A stretch of 64,000 bases of DNA from the human T2T-CHM13v2.0 reference genome, Homo sapiens (GCF_009914755.1 NC_060927.1); one strand, 5' to 3'; counted from the first letter of the stretch, positions 16,485 through 37,600 are shown. Notes: generated from the letters alone by a model not told the origin. Numbers and translations: made by a program.

Positions 16485-16948
16485 GTGTAGTAGGCAGAAT
16501 AATGGACCTCAAAGGATGTCTATATCTCAATCCCTAGAACCTGAGTATATGTTACTTTATAATGCAACAGAGACTGTGCAGATGTGATTAAATTGTAGAT
16601 GTACAGCTGGCAGAATAATGGAGCCCCCTTTGGGGTCCAGAATAATGGATCCTCCCTTTGTCTATATCCCGATCTCTAGAACCTGTGTATGTGTTACTTT
16701 ATAAGGCAACAGGGACTGTGCAGATGTGACTAAATTAAGCACCTTGAGATGGAGAGATTGTCCTGGGTTATTTGAATGAACTCAATTTAATCGTTAGCAT
16801 CCTTCAAAGTGGAAAAGGGAGGTAAAAAGGTAAAAGTAAGGCAATGTGAAAATAACTCAATCCACCAGTGCTGGCTCTGAAAATACAAGAGGACCAAGGA
16901 ATACAGGAACCCTGTAGAAGCTGAAAAAGGCAAGAAAATTGCATCTAC
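16485..16948 (+). mobile_element. MLT1D-like LTR, 5' part, with internal duplication
   Basis: tgtagtaggcagaataatgg...ctgtgcagatgtgattaaatt...ccttgagatggagagattgtcctgggttat...agaagctgaaaaaggcaag. Confidence 0.8.
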
Positions 16949-18440
16949 AGGAACACAATCCTATTCACAGTTGCTACAAAAAGAATAAAATACCTAGGAA
17001 TACAGTAAACCAGAGAGGTGAAAGAGCTGTACAATGAGAATTACAAAAAGCTACTCAAAGTCATCAGAGATGACACAGACAAATGAAAGAACCTTCCATG
17101 TTCACAGATAGGAAGAATCAGCATCATTAAAATGACCATACTGCCCAAAGCAACTTAAAGATTAAATGCTATTCCTATCAAACTACCAATGACATTCTCC
17201 ACAAATTTAGAAAAAAAACTATTTTAAAATGCATGTATAGGGAACCAAAAAAGATCCCAAATAGCCAAGTCATCCTAAGCATAGAACAAAGCTAGAGGAG
17301 TCACATTGCCCAACTTCAAACTATACTAAATGTCTGCAGTAACCAAAACAGCATGGTACTGGTACAAAAACAGACACATAGACCAAGGGAACAGGATAGA
17401 GAGCCCAGAGATAAAGCCACACACCTACCACTATCTGACCTTTGACAAAGCTGACAAAAACAAGCAGTGGAAAAAGGATTCCATGTTCAATAAACGGTGC
17501 TGGGAGAACTGGCTAGCCATATGCAGAAGATTGAAACTGGAGCCCTTCCTTACACCATATTTAAATATCAACTAGAGATAGATAAAGGACTTAAATGTAA
17601 AACCCACAATTATAAAAACACTGAAATATAACCTAGGAAATACCACTTTGGACACAGGAACTGGCAAAGATTTCAGGACAAAATCGCCAAAAGCAATTGC
17701 AACAAAAGCAAAAATCGACAAATACAAAATAACTAAACTAAACAGCTTCTGCACAGCAAAAGAAACAATCAACAAACAGACAACCTATAGAATTGAAGAA
17801 CATTTTTGCAAACTATACATTTGACAAAGGTCTAATATCCAGAATCTACAAGGAACTTAAATGCACAAGCAAAAAACAACCCCATTAAAAGTGGGCAAAG
17901 GACATGAACAGACATTTCAAAAGAAGACATACATGCAGCCAACAAGCATATGAAAAAATGCTCAATATCACCGATCATTAGAGAGATGCAAATCAAACCC
18001 ACAATAAGATACCATCTCACATCAGTCAGAATGGCTATTAGTAAAAAGTCAAAAGATAACAGATGCTGGTGAGGTTACAAAGAAAAGGGAACACTTACAC
18101 ACTGTTGGTGAGAGTGTTAATTAGTTCAACCATTATGGAAAGCAGTGTAGTGATTCCTCAAAGAACTAAAAGTGGAATTAACATTTGACCCAGCAATCCC
18201 GCTACTGGGTATATGCCCAAAGGAATAGGAATCATTCTACCATAAAGACACATGCATACATATGTTCGCTGCAGTACTCTTCACAATAGTGGAGACATGG
18301 AATCAATCTAAATGCCCATCAGCAGTAGACTAGGTAAAGAAAATGTGGTACATATACACCATGGAATACTATGCAGCCATAAAAAGAATGAGATCATGTC
18401 CTTTGTGGGAACATGGATGGAACTGGAGGCATTAATTTTA
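16949..18440 (+). mobile_element. 5'-truncated L1PA15/16-like element, 5' part
   Basis: ORF2 3' half in sense ([24 protein letters not shown]); interrupted at 18440 and resumes at 24623. Confidence 0.85.
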
Positions 18441-24622
<6,182 letters not shown>

Positions 24623-24924
24623 AGGCATTAATTTTAACAAATGAATGTAGGAACAAAAAATACTGCATGTTCTTACTTATAAGTGAGTGCTAAATGATGA
24701 GAACACATGGGCACATAGAGGGAAACAACAGACACTGGGGCCTACTTGAGGGAAGAAGTTTGGAGGAGGGAGAGGTTCAGGAGAAAAAAGAAAAAACTGT
24801 CAGGAACTATGCTTAGTACCTGGGTGATAAAATAATCTGTACATCAAACCACTGAGTCATAAGTTTACCTATATAACAAACCTACACATGTACCTCTGAA
24901 CCTAATATAAAAGTTAAAGTATTA
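24623..24924 (+). mobile_element. L1PA15/16-like 3' end (continuation)
   Basis: cagacactggggcctacttgaggg...tacctgggtgataaaataatctgtac...gaacctaatataaaagttaaa. Confidence 0.85.
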
Positions 24925-25103
24925 AAAGGAAAATGGATTCTAGAACTTTCATAAGGGAACACAGCCCTGCTGACACATTGACCTTAGCCCCATGAGACCA
25001 GTGTCAGGTTTCTGATCTACAAAACTGTAAAATAATAAACTTGTGTTGCTTTAAGCCATTAAATTTGTGACAATTTGTTACAGCAGCAATAATAAACTAA
25101 TAT
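24925..25103 (+). mobile_element. MLT1D-like LTR, 3' part
   Basis: cagccctgctgacacattgaccttagccc...tgtgttgctttaagcc...ttgttacagcagcaataataaactaata; decayed TSD aagaaaattgcatcta / aggaaaatggattcta. Confidence 0.8.
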
Positions 25104-26499
25104 GAAATATGATGGAGAAAAATGGTCTCTCACCATGGGTAGAATTCAAATTTTCTGCAAGTTTATGAAAAACAAGCTTGTCATTAGATAATCCTGCTTA
25201 ACTGGTAGACTATCAATACCTACTGTGCTCAATTTCTTTTACTTTTTGTTCTGTTGTTTTCAGTTTAATCAAAAGGAGTGTTTTTCCATTTAATTATTCA
25301 TAAAATTTGCATGTTAAGAATGAATAAGTATAGATGTCTAATTTGGTTAAAAACTTTCAAATAGTGATTTTATCCTAAATAAATACACTCACTAAATAAA
25401 CTTTAATATTCTCTGTTGAACTACAATAAGCTTCTTAACCAATTATTACCCATTAAAAGGTATGACATTTCATGAAAACCAGATAAAATATGGCACATGG
25501 AGAACACCATTTTTTTATGCTCTGTTAAGAAATACACAGTGTTAAGAAGTGCATAGAGCTAAAACTTGAATTCATGTGGAAAATATCTCTCATAATTTAA
25601 ATACACAGGGCAGGATGGCTCTTCTTACCCCATTACCACCAAATGAAGGATACCAAGACAAAGGATAAAGGAAGGGGGATACACAAACAAACATCCCTTT
25701 TTACCACGAGTTTTTATTCATATTTCTAGAAATCTTTTCTAATATCTCATGATGCTTAATGACATTGTTTTCTTTATGAATGTACAAAATACAGCTTTGA
25801 GAAATGAGAGGCAAATAGTGATCATAATGGGAGAGGTAGTGATCTACAAAGATCACATGGTTAGTTACACCTGGTGCTGGGTTCTAAAGCCAGATGGCCT
25901 GGCTCCAGTGCCTAAACCCTGACTGCTGTGTGGCACTGCCTCATGGCTGCACAGTCTAGTAGGTAAGATAAGCACCTGTTTCCAGAGATCAGAGTGTGTT
26001 TCATCAATTCATTTTTCGTTTGATGCAGCTGAGGCGCATATTGGACAAAAATCACTTATCCAAGACCACGTTACTACAACCCCAGGGCACAGAAGCTAAG
26101 TCTTCCTATTGTACTGAACTCAGTTGACTGGAATTTGTTCAGGAAAGCATGAAGTCAAATGGAAGCTAGTCCGTGACTGGATTCATCTTTTGGTAAAAAA
26201 CGAAGAGGAGACCCCATATCCTGGAGGTTCTTGCTTAACCCTGTCCCTAATAAGACCTAACTTTATGAGTCTTCTCCTTAGAGGCAGTCCTAGGGTAAGA
26301 GTGATTATTCCTGTGAGCCTTGTAGGTACTTTCGAATCAAGGAAATTAGTAGTTGATTGCTAATTAATTCAGTATTTAATGAATTTAAGTACCTAGGCAA
26401 TGAGGCCACAATAGCAAATAAGACACAGACCTGTTTTCAAAAAGTAGCCTGTAAATAAGATATTTTTTTCTGCCATGGTGGCAAAGGCATGACTATGGT

Positions 26500-26710
26500 G
26501 ATGAACATTCATAGGCTCACCTTCTAGCTCTGTTGTATGTTAACTGTGTGAACTTGGGTCAAGTTATGAAAACTCTAAGAACTCTCAAAACTCCTGATCT
26601 GTTTTAACATGAAAGTAAAGATATCTAATTGAATTGTTGTGAAACTTAAATGTAATGTGACATCCAAAGAATGTAGCCCAAAGTTGGATTTCAGTAAGTG
26701 ATAAATAGAA
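26500..26710 (+). mobile_element. MIR relic
   Basis: actgtgtgaacttgggtcaagtta...ctcctgatctg...gttgtgaaacttaaatgtaatg. Confidence 0.5.
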
Positions 26711-26813
26711 GTATTTAAACATGGGTATGGTATGTTCTGTAACAGAAGAATGTCTATGTGCTGGGGATACCTAGAGACAGTGAAAATTCTGTCTGGCCTG
26801 CGAATTATAATAA

Positions 26814-27237
<424 letters not shown>

Positions 27238-27532
27238 TGAGTTACATTTGGTAGTGGGTATGAGAGGTAGTATGGGAGGGAAGTCTTGAGTCTAGAGACT
27301 TCCAGAACATTCATAGTCCTCTATATTTCTGTCCCACTCTTGCTCTGAAGTAGGAGGAAACATCTTTCCTTGACATTGGCCTCTGGTTCACACACTGATT
27401 CAATTTTTGTCCATGCTTTTTGGCATATCTCATTTAATTTTCACAATTCTGAAATGTAGAAATTATACTATTTTTTACAGGTATAAAAGGGTGACTTTGT
27501 AATAAGAGCTCAGGGCTGTGGACTGTCCATGA

Positions 27533-27859
<327 letters not shown>

Positions 27860-28499
27860 TCAGTTGATTTTTAATGTCACTGGGGCAGCTTTAAGTTTGT
27901 GCCTGTGATTGGAGTTCTGGTCCCATGACAAGACTCCCTCTTTGTAAGAGCAGCAGGGATGGCCATGATGGAACCTGACTTTATGAGTCACTGATAATTT
28001 CGATCTGCTACTGCACAGTCTCTTCTTGACACAAAGAAGCCCAGAGTGCTGAGTTCTGGAGCTTGTGTGAATAGTCGTGTGTTCTCGAGCTTGGTAGTGT
28101 GAGGATCTCTGAGAACTGTGCAAAGTCTTTCACAACTCAGGCATCCTTTCCTTGCTTTCTTTTCAGCTGAGCATGAATAGCCTGCACATAAAATACATGC
28201 TTTATGTATTTTATGACTTTTACGTTAAAAAGTCTAACCACAACCAACATATGCAACACTTTTTTTCTCCTGGAAATAGGATATATCAAAAAAAAAAAAA
28301 AAAAAAGTCTGTGATGAGCTGGTACAATCAGGGATTTGGAGATGAATGAAAGTGCTATATTATGCATGTTTTATAATATATTATTTACATTTCATTGAGC
28401 GCTTAGTGTGTTCCAGGCTCTTGGATTGTAAAGAGATGAAGAAGATACAATACTTGCCCTCAAAATCTCAGTCTATTTCTCAATGAGCAAAAAAAGAAT

Positions 28500-28760
28500 T
28501 TAGGTTGAACCATATAGAAATGCTGATATCTGATGACATATTTTGAAAAAGAATTTTTATTATTTTTATATACAGAAACCTCAACAGTATACATTTAACC
28601 AAGTTTAGTGGAATTTCTTTAGCTTTTGCCTTTTGCAGCTTGGCAATGTGAGCCACAGATTTTGGACTGGGGTCATGCCTCCCCAGTGATGTTAAATCTT
28701 ATACCTGTATGATTTTTGATTTCCAAAAACCAAACAGACATTGCATGAGATTCAATGTGC
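28500..28760. mobile_element. MADE2-like mariner MITE split by the RPL7A fragment
   Basis: ttaggttgaaccatatagaaatgctgatat matches the remembered MADE2 terminus; decayed right half at ~28709-28760. Confidence 0.45.
28541..28688 (-). pseudogene. RPL7A: 5'-truncated processed pseudogene fragment of ribosomal protein L7a
   Basis: Minus strand cactggggaggca...tctgtggctcacattgccaagctgcaaaaggcaaaagctaaagaa...actaaacttggttaaatgtatactgttgag matches the HWGG...[21 protein letters not shown] C-terminus plus 3' UTR. Confidence 0.85.
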
Positions 28761-31224
28761 TACGTGTAAGAACCAAGGTAGGGAAGTAATTACAGATCTG
28801 TGCCTCACAGTAGTAACACTGAGTCCTTATTATATGCTGAGAGCTTTATATAAACCACTTAATTTGTATAACAACTAGCAGAGGTGAACACTAGAGTTGT
28901 TCCCATTTTGAAGTGAGTAAACTGTGATTTAAGAAGAGCAAGTTTGGCTAATGGCAGGTGTCAGAGCCAGAGTTTCACACAGGTCTGTCTTACTGCAAAT
29001 CATTTGGTCTCTCTGAGCCTCAGTCTTATTACCTGTAAAATGAGAGGAAGGATACAATTCCTCCCTTCATTATTTTGCAGTCAAATTAAACTTTATTGAG
29101 AAATGACATTAGTTTATATAGCACGTGTAAATCCTCAAAAATCTATATGTAATTAAGCCATAAGAAAAGTATACTTTTTGAGGAAAATCAATATTGCACT
29201 TGTAGGAAAAAACCCTATATATAAACATGCAAACTCTAATTTTATTTTGGTTGGTTAGAAGAAGAATGATTCATGGTACTAAGTAGGGGTAAAAAATTCA
29301 GAGGCCTCATGGTGTAGAGCAAGTTTGCTAACAATAGCGAATGGACAGATCGATAGCAAATCCATTTTAGAGAACTCGCTCATGGAGAGTATTGATATCT
29401 AACTTGGTCATTTCTCCTGTGAGATAAATAGGCACCTGTCTCTGTGTGAGGAAAACCACACACAAGAGCTGGGGTAATGTTTCTAAACAATTAATTGGCT
29501 TATTATCGAGGCTTAATGGATTGGTTCAATACATTCACAGAAAGCCATCAAGAGAATTATGCTAGCAGTTTCCTTGTAGCTGCTATCAAAATATACGACA
29601 GGATATAGGGGTTTTAAATTATTATTACTTTTTACAGCATCTGCATGCATCATTTACATTATAAATTGGGCCTATTCGAAAGCTATTGACTAAGTCTTTA
29701 GCTTTGTTTCAAATAACAAATATGGTACACATTGTGGCATCTTAGTTCCTAGGGAATATGATATAGCTACTTAAATTGTAAATGAAGCCATCAAAACTGT
29801 TCGATTCTTATATTCCTACAAAATATTTATAATGCAAGGGTTTATGTCAGAGGTATGAGAAAGACCCTGTGATGCAGTTTAACCTAGCCACTGGAAAAAC
29901 ATAGGTATTTTCTTCATGGGAAAGAAATGTTGGAAGAGAAATATAATGTTTGCAAACACTTGCCCTCAGAGAATAATCTGCCCTAGATATAGATTTTTTT
30001 AAAATTGCCAAACAAAATATTTCTTTGAGAAGCCACAAACAGATGTAGAGGGAAGATCATGATTCAGTGAAAATTTATTGATTACTCAGTATGTGCAGGT
30101 ATTTCATACACATTATCTCATTAATCATTAAAGCAAACGTTTGAAGTGACATATTCCATATGATGAAGGTTGAGGCAATAGTATTTTAAAGAGTTTGCGA
30201 GGCACACCCAGGGTCATAGGACAATTAGATGGGAAAGGGATATGATCAAACTTGACTTTTGATTTTAATTTCTTTTTTCTTCTTCCATGATTATTGTGTA
30301 TATTACTGTTAATTCAGCTCATTGAAAGGGTGATGCAAATCTATGGAAAGAAGCCATTAGGTTGCCCATGTGGGAATAAGAAAATAGGAAACTCATTTTG
30401 TGTTAAGGTTAGAGTTTGTGTCAAAACCAGAGTACTTTCCTCCCAGTAGAGTCCCCAGATCTAGTACTCAAATATCTAAATGACCAGGCTAGCAGGATGT
30501 TTTACCTATCCCCATTCAAAAGCCCTGTCTTTTTTTTTACATATCTCTGTGAGATTACTAGTGCCTTGGAATGGTAGTGGTCCAGGGTAGTGTTGAATCT
30601 AACTGTGGGTATGGCATTTAGATATAAACTGCTTGGCAAGTGCTAGTACCCTAGACAAGTTGAGGGAAGTCAAAAGCAGCAGGCCTCTTGGATGCAGAAT
30701 CGTACCCTGCTCTGAGCATTGGACTTGGTCCAGAGAGAACCACACGCAGGTCTTACATGAAATCCCAAAGGCATAGCCCTTTTAGTCACCTTTCCTGGGT
30801 TTCAGAGACATATTCTGGGTGGGATATCTCATTTTCATGCATGAGGCTAACAGAGTTGCCATTTGGTGGAGAAAATCTTTGATGGATATTCATCTCACTT
30901 CTTTTATGTTACACACTAATTTCAAAGTTTCTCCTCTATTAAATCACATTCACAGGCACATTCCCAAGAAATTCAGGTCAGAACAGGTTTCTCCTTAGCC
31001 TGACTGACTTGGTAAAGGGGCAAGCCCATGGATCCTTCTGCTGTCATGGTAATAAGTAATTGTGCCGATGTAATTAATCAAGATTTTTTGGCCTAAGAGA
31101 AAAGAGATACAAGTAAACATAAATGAAATAAAAACTCTATGATATAAAATTTGAAGCAGAACTATCTCATGATATGCTGATTGTTTCATCTTATCTCATT
31201 CTTAACCTGTCCACTAATCTGTCT

Positions 31225-31787
31225 AGGCTTTTATAATGGCCTAGAATCAATGACAACCAAGTAGTAATGAGCGCCCCTAAGGTGCAGATTGTGGCATCTA
31301 AGCATAATGGAAGCAGCACTCTCCAGATATGATTGATTCCAGGTTTTGGAAAGAAAATATGCAAGGCGAGTCTTTGCATTTTACTGTAGTAGAAAACTAA
31401 AAACTAACAAAGACAAGTAAGATCATTTAAAACAAAATAGGTGCCAACTTAAGGGAGCTCCTACTGGCCCAAGATGCAACAATTTGATCTTCAAAATGAA
31501 TAATGATTGCAATGGAATGAAGCACATAAAATATATAAAAATCTTAGTTTCTAATTATAGTAAAAAATCAAAGACTAATTTAAAAAAAACTCATCGGTCA
31601 TCATAAGAGTTTACTAAAGCACAAACTGATTACTTTTGGATTTTATTATTAAGGCAAAATAAGCATTCATCCAGACTCTTCTATATGAACTGTATTTCAG
31701 ATTCCATGACACAGTTTATGAGGAAGACTTCCTTAGAGAATTATTACTACTAGGACTTGCAGAAAGAATGATAGAATTACAGAAATT
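31225..31787 (+). mobile_element. Ancient L1MC/L1ME-type 3' UTR, part 1
   Basis: ggcctagaatcaatgacaaccaagtagtaatgagc and gagctcctactggcccaagatgcaacaatttg; continues after 51852. Confidence 0.6.
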
Positions 31788-34689
31788 AGACTTTTGCAGT
31801 TCTTTTTTTTTTTACCTTTATTGGGTTATATTTGATAAATAAAACTTGTATATATTTGAAACAAACAGTGTAACAGTTTGATATATGTAAACATTGTTAA
31901 ACAATTGACACAATCAAGCTATTAACACATGCATCACCTTGAATCATTACCACGTTTTTGCGGTGAGGACGATTTATTCTCTTCAAATTTCAAGTGTACA
32001 ATACAATATTTTCAACATATATTAGGTCCCCAGAACTTATCTTAAAGGAGGTTTGTTTTCCTTTGACCACCATCTTTCTATTATGCCCCTCCAATCCCCT
32101 AGCAACCACCATTCTGCTCTCTGCTTTTATGAGTTTGACTATTTAGATTCCACGTATAAGAAAGATCATACAGTATTTGTCTTTCTGTGTCTGCTTATTT
32201 AACTTAACATAATGTCCCTCAAATTTATCCAAGTTGTTGCAAATGGCAGGATTTCTTTATTTTATTACTCAATTTTGTATCTCTACAGAAAGTTTCTGCA
32301 GAGATACAAAATGGAATATTCTATTCTTTCTCTCTGTCTCTGAGTGTGTGTGTGTATGTGTATAAACTATCAAAACTGTTTGATTCTTATATTCATGAGA
32401 ATCATCGATCTCTCTCTCGCTCATATTTTCTTTATTCATTTATACATTGACAGACACTTAGATTATTTCCATACCTTGGCTACTGTAAATAATGCTGCAA
32501 TGAACATGACAGTACAGATATCATTTCAAGATACTGATTTCATTTCCAATGGATATATATCCGGAAGCGTGATTGCTGGATTCTATAGTAGTTATATTTT
32601 AAGTTTTTGGGTCTCTCCATATGTTTTCCACATGACTCTGTCAATTTGCATTCTTACCAACAGTGTACAAGTGTTCTCTTTTTTTCCACATCCTCACCAG
32701 CCCTTGTTATATTTCATGTTTTTTAAAATCATACTCATCCGAACATGTTTCAGGTGATATTTCATTACGGTTTTGATTTGCATTTCCCTGATGATTAGTG
32801 ATGTTGAGAAGCTTTTCATATATCTTTTGGCCATTGTATGCATTCTTTGGAAAATTTTCTGCTTACATCCTTTGCTTAGTTTTTTAATGTTGTTTGATTT
32901 TTGATATTGAATTGTATACGTTCTTTATATATTTTGGTTATTAACCTCTTATTGGATGCATGGCTTGCAAATATTTTCTTCCATTCCGTAGGTTGCCTTT
33001 TCATGTTGTTGACTGTTTCTTTTGATGTGTAGAAGCTTTTTAGTTTTATGTAGTCTTATTTGTTTATTTTTCCTTTCATTACCTGTGCTTTTGGTAGGTA
33101 TCCTATCCAAAAATTTATTGCCAAGGCCACCAACAAGGTATTTTCCCATAAGTTTTCTTCGATGGATTTTATGACTCTAGGTTTAATTAAATGCATTAAT
33201 TGTTTAATTCATTTTAAGTTGATTTTGTGTATGGTGCGAGATAAGAGCCTAATTTCATTCTTTTGCATGTAGACATATGGATTGTCCATGTATTGACAAT
33301 TTCTAACACTATGTATTGACAAGACTATCTTTTCCACTATGTGTATTCTTGGCACTTTTGTCGAAAATTAGTTGACCATATATGTGTAGGCTTATTTCTG
33401 GATTCTCTATTCTGTTCCATAGGTCTATGAGGCTGTTTTAATGCAAGCACCATGTTTTGATTAAATAGACTTGTAAAATATTATAAAATCAGAAAGTATA
33501 ATGTCTTTAAGCTTTAACTATTTAGTTTTATTTTTATAGTTCCATACAAATTTTATGATTATTTTTTCTATTTCTGTGAAAACATCATTATAATTTTGAT
33601 AGAGATTGCATTGACTCTATAGCTTACTTCGGGTATTATGGAAAATTTGACAATATTAACTTATGTGATCCATGTATATGGGATATCTTTATTTTTATTT
33701 GTGTCATCTTAAATTTATTTCATGGATGATTTGTAGTTTTCAGTGTACACATCTTTCATCTCCTTGGCTAAACTTATTTCTAAATATTTTATTCTTTTGG
33801 TGCTATTATATATGGGATTGTTTTCTTAACTTATCTTTCAGTTAGTTTGTTATTGTGTATAAGAACGCAACTGATTTTGGCATGTTGCTTTTGTACCCTG
33901 AAACTTTATTTAATTTGTTTATTATTTGTAACAATTTTTGGTGGAGTCCTTAGGGTGTTCTCTCTATAAAATTACAGGCAAACAGAGAATTTAACTTACT
34001 CATTTCCAGTTTGGATGCCTTTTTTCTTGCCAAACTGCTTTGGCTAGAACTTTCGGTATTCTGTTGAATAAAAGTGGCAAGAGTGAGCATCCTTGTCTTG
34101 TTCCTCATCTTAGAGGAAAAGCTGTCACTTTTCATCATTGAGTATGATGTTAGCTGTGAGCTTGTATGTATGGCCTTTATTATGATGAGGTGCATTTATT
34201 GCATACCTAGTTCATTGACAGTTTTTTTTTCTATCATGAAAGGATATTGAATTTTGTCAAATGCTTTTTCTGCATCTATGGAGATGATTTCATGATTTTT
34301 TCCATAATTCTGCTAATGAAGTGTATGATATTTAATGATTCGTGTATATTGAGCCATCCTTGCATTCTAGGGAGTACTTGATCATGGAGAATGATCCTTT
34401 TAATGTGCTGTTAAGTTTGGTTTGCTAGTATTTTGTCAAGCATTTTTGCATCTATGTTTATTAGGGATACCAGCTTGTAATTTTCTCTTCTTGTAGTATC
34501 TTTGTCTGGCTTTGGTAAGAGCATAGTCTAGGTCTTAGAATAAGCTCAGAGTCTTCCCTCCTCTACATATATTTTAAAATAGTTTGAGAAGGATTTGTAT
34601 TAATTCTTTAAATGTTTAGAATTCACCTATGAAGGCATCTGGTCCCAGTCTTTTCCTTGTTGGGAAGTTTTTGAATACTGCTTCAATTT

Positions 34690-37600
34690 TTTCTTTTTAA
34701 CTTTTATTTTAAGTTCAGGGGGTACATGTGCAGGAAGTTCAGGTTTCTTACAGAGGTAAATGTATGTCATTGGAGTTGGTTATACAGATTATTTTATTAC
34801 CCAGGTATTAAGCCTAGTATCCATTAGTTATATTTCCTAGCACTCTCCCTCCTTTCACCCTCCACCTTCCAAAAGGCCTTAGTGTGTGTTGTTCCCCTCT
34901 GTGTGTCCCTGTGTTCTCATCATTTAGCTCCCACATACAACTGAGAACATGCCTTATTTGTTTTTTTGGTCCTGCACTAGGTTGCTAAGGATAATGGCCC
35001 ACAGCTCTATCTGTGTCCTTGCAAAGGACATAATCTCATTTTTTATGGCTGCATACTATTCCATGGTGTATACATACCACATTTTTTTTATCTAGTCTAT
35101 CATTGATGGGCATTTAAGTTGATCCCATGTCTTCACTATTGTGAATAATGCAGAAATTAACATATGCTTGCATGTATCTTTATAATGCAATGATTTACAT
35201 TCCTTTGGGTATATACCCAGTAGTGGAATTGCTAGGTCAAATGGTAGTTCTGTCTTTAGGTTACTGAGAAGCTGCTCCACTGCCTTTCACAATAGTTGAA
35301 CTAATTTACACTCATATCAATGTTGTATAAGTGTTCATTTTTCTCCACAACCTCACCAGCATCTGTTATTTTTGACCTTTTACTAGTAGCCGTTCTAACT
35401 GGTATAAGATGGTATCTTATTCTGGTTTTTATTTGCATTTCTTTAATAATCAGTGATGTTGAGCTTTTTGTCATATGATTGTTAGCCACATGTATGTCTT
35501 CTTTTGAGAAGTGTCTGTTCATGTCCTTTGTCCACTTTTTAATGGGGTTGTTTGTTTTTTTCTTGTAAACTTGTTTAACTTCCTTATAGATGCTGAATAT
35601 TGGATCTTTGTCAAATGTATAGTTTGCAAAAATTTCCCCCCATTTTGTAGGCTCCCTGTTTACTCTATTGATAGTTTATTTTGCTGCGCAGAAGCTCTTT
35701 AGTTTAATTAGATCCCATTTACCCATTTTTGCTTTTGTTGCAATTGCTTTTGTTGATATTGTCATGAAATCTTTACCAGTTCGTGTGTCCAAAATGGTAT
35801 TTCCTAAGTTATTTTTCAGTGTTTTTGTAGTTTTGAATTTTACATTCAAGTCTTTTATTCATCTTCAGTTTATTTTTGTGTACAGTGTAAGGAAGGGGTG
35901 CAGTTTCAGTTTTCTGCATATGGCTAGCCAGTTCTCCCAGCACCATTTATTGAATAGGGAATCTTTTCCCCATTGCTTATTTTTGTCAGGTTTGTCAAAG
36001 ATCAGATAATTGTAGGGTATGGTCTTGTTTCTGAGTTCTGTATTCTGTTGCATTGGTCTGCATGCCTGTTCTTGTACAAGTTCCATGCTGTATTGGACTG
36101 TAGCCCTGTAGTATAGTTTGAAGTTGGGTAGCGTAATGTCTCCAGCTTTGTCCTTTTTGCATAGGGTTGCTTTGGCTATTTGTGCTCTTTTTTGATTCCA
36201 TATGAATTTTAACATAGTTTTCTCAAGTTCTATGAAGAATGTCATTGGTAGTTTAATGGGAATAACATTGAATCTGTAAATTGCTTTGGGCAGTATGGCC
36301 ATGTTCATGGTATTAATTCTTTGTATCTGTGATCATAGATTTTTTTTTCATTTGTTTGTGTCATCTCTTATTTCCTTGAGCAGTGGTTTGTAGTTCTCCT
36401 TGTAGAGAACTTCTACCTCCCCTGCTGGCTGTATTCCTAGGTATTTTATTCTTTTTGTGGCAATTGTGAATGGGAGTTCATTCATGATTTGGCTCTCAGC
36501 TTGACTGTTGATGCACAGGAATACTAGTGATTTTGGCACATTGAGTTTTGTATCCTGATACTTTCCTGAAGTTGCTAAAGAAGGTTTTGGGCTGAGAATA
36601 GGGTTTTCTATATATAGGATCATGTTATCTGCAAACAGGGATAGTTTGATTTCCTTTTTCCTGTTTGACAATCCTTTATTTATTTTCTTTGTTTGATTGT
36701 CCTGACCAGAGCTTGCAATACTATGAATAGGACTGTTAAGAGAGGGCATTCTTGTCTTCTGCCATGATATGGTTTGGCTCTGTGTCCCCACCCAAATCTC
36801 ATGTCGAGTTGTAACCCCAGGTATTGGAGGAGGGGCCTAGTGGGAGATAACTGAAGCATGGGGGCAGACGTCCCCCTTGCTCTTCTCATGATAGAGTTCT
36901 CACAAAATCTTGTTTGAAACTGTGTAGCACTTTCCCCTTTTCTCTCTCTTACTTCTGCTGCCATGTGAAGAAGGTGTTTGCTTCCTCTTTGCCTTCTGCC
37001 ATAATCGTAAGTTTCCAAGGTCTCTCCAGAAGCAGAATCCTGTATACCCCTCAGAATCATGAGCCAATTAAGCCTCTTTTTCTTTTCTTTATAAATTACC
37101 GAGTCTCAGGTACTTCTTTGCAGCAGTGTGAGAACAAACTAATACATTCCGGTTTTTCAAGGGGAATGCTTCCAGCTTTTGCCCATTCGGTATGATCTTG
37201 GCTTGAATTGGTCACATACGACTCTTACTATTTTGAGTTATGTTCCTTCAATACCTAGTTTATTGAGAGTTCTTAACATAAAGGGAATTTGAATTTTATC
37301 AAAAGACTTTCTATATCTACTGAGATAATTACATGGTTTTTATCTTTAGTCCCGTTTATGTGATGAATCATATTTATTTATTTGCATATGTTGAACCAAC
37401 CTTGCATCCTGGAGATGAAGCCTACTTGATCATGGTGGATACGTTTTTTGATGTGCTGCTGGATTTAGTTTGCCAGTAGTTTATTGAGAATTTTTGTATT
37501 GATGTTCATCAAAAATATTGGCCTGAAGAGTTCTTTTTTTTGTTTTATCTCTGCCAGGTTTTGGTATCAGGATTATACTGGCCTGGTAGAATGAGTTAGG

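Noticed and set aside
28288-28306. Isolated A19 run as a retrocopy tail
   Set aside because: No TSD or recognisable upstream transcript.
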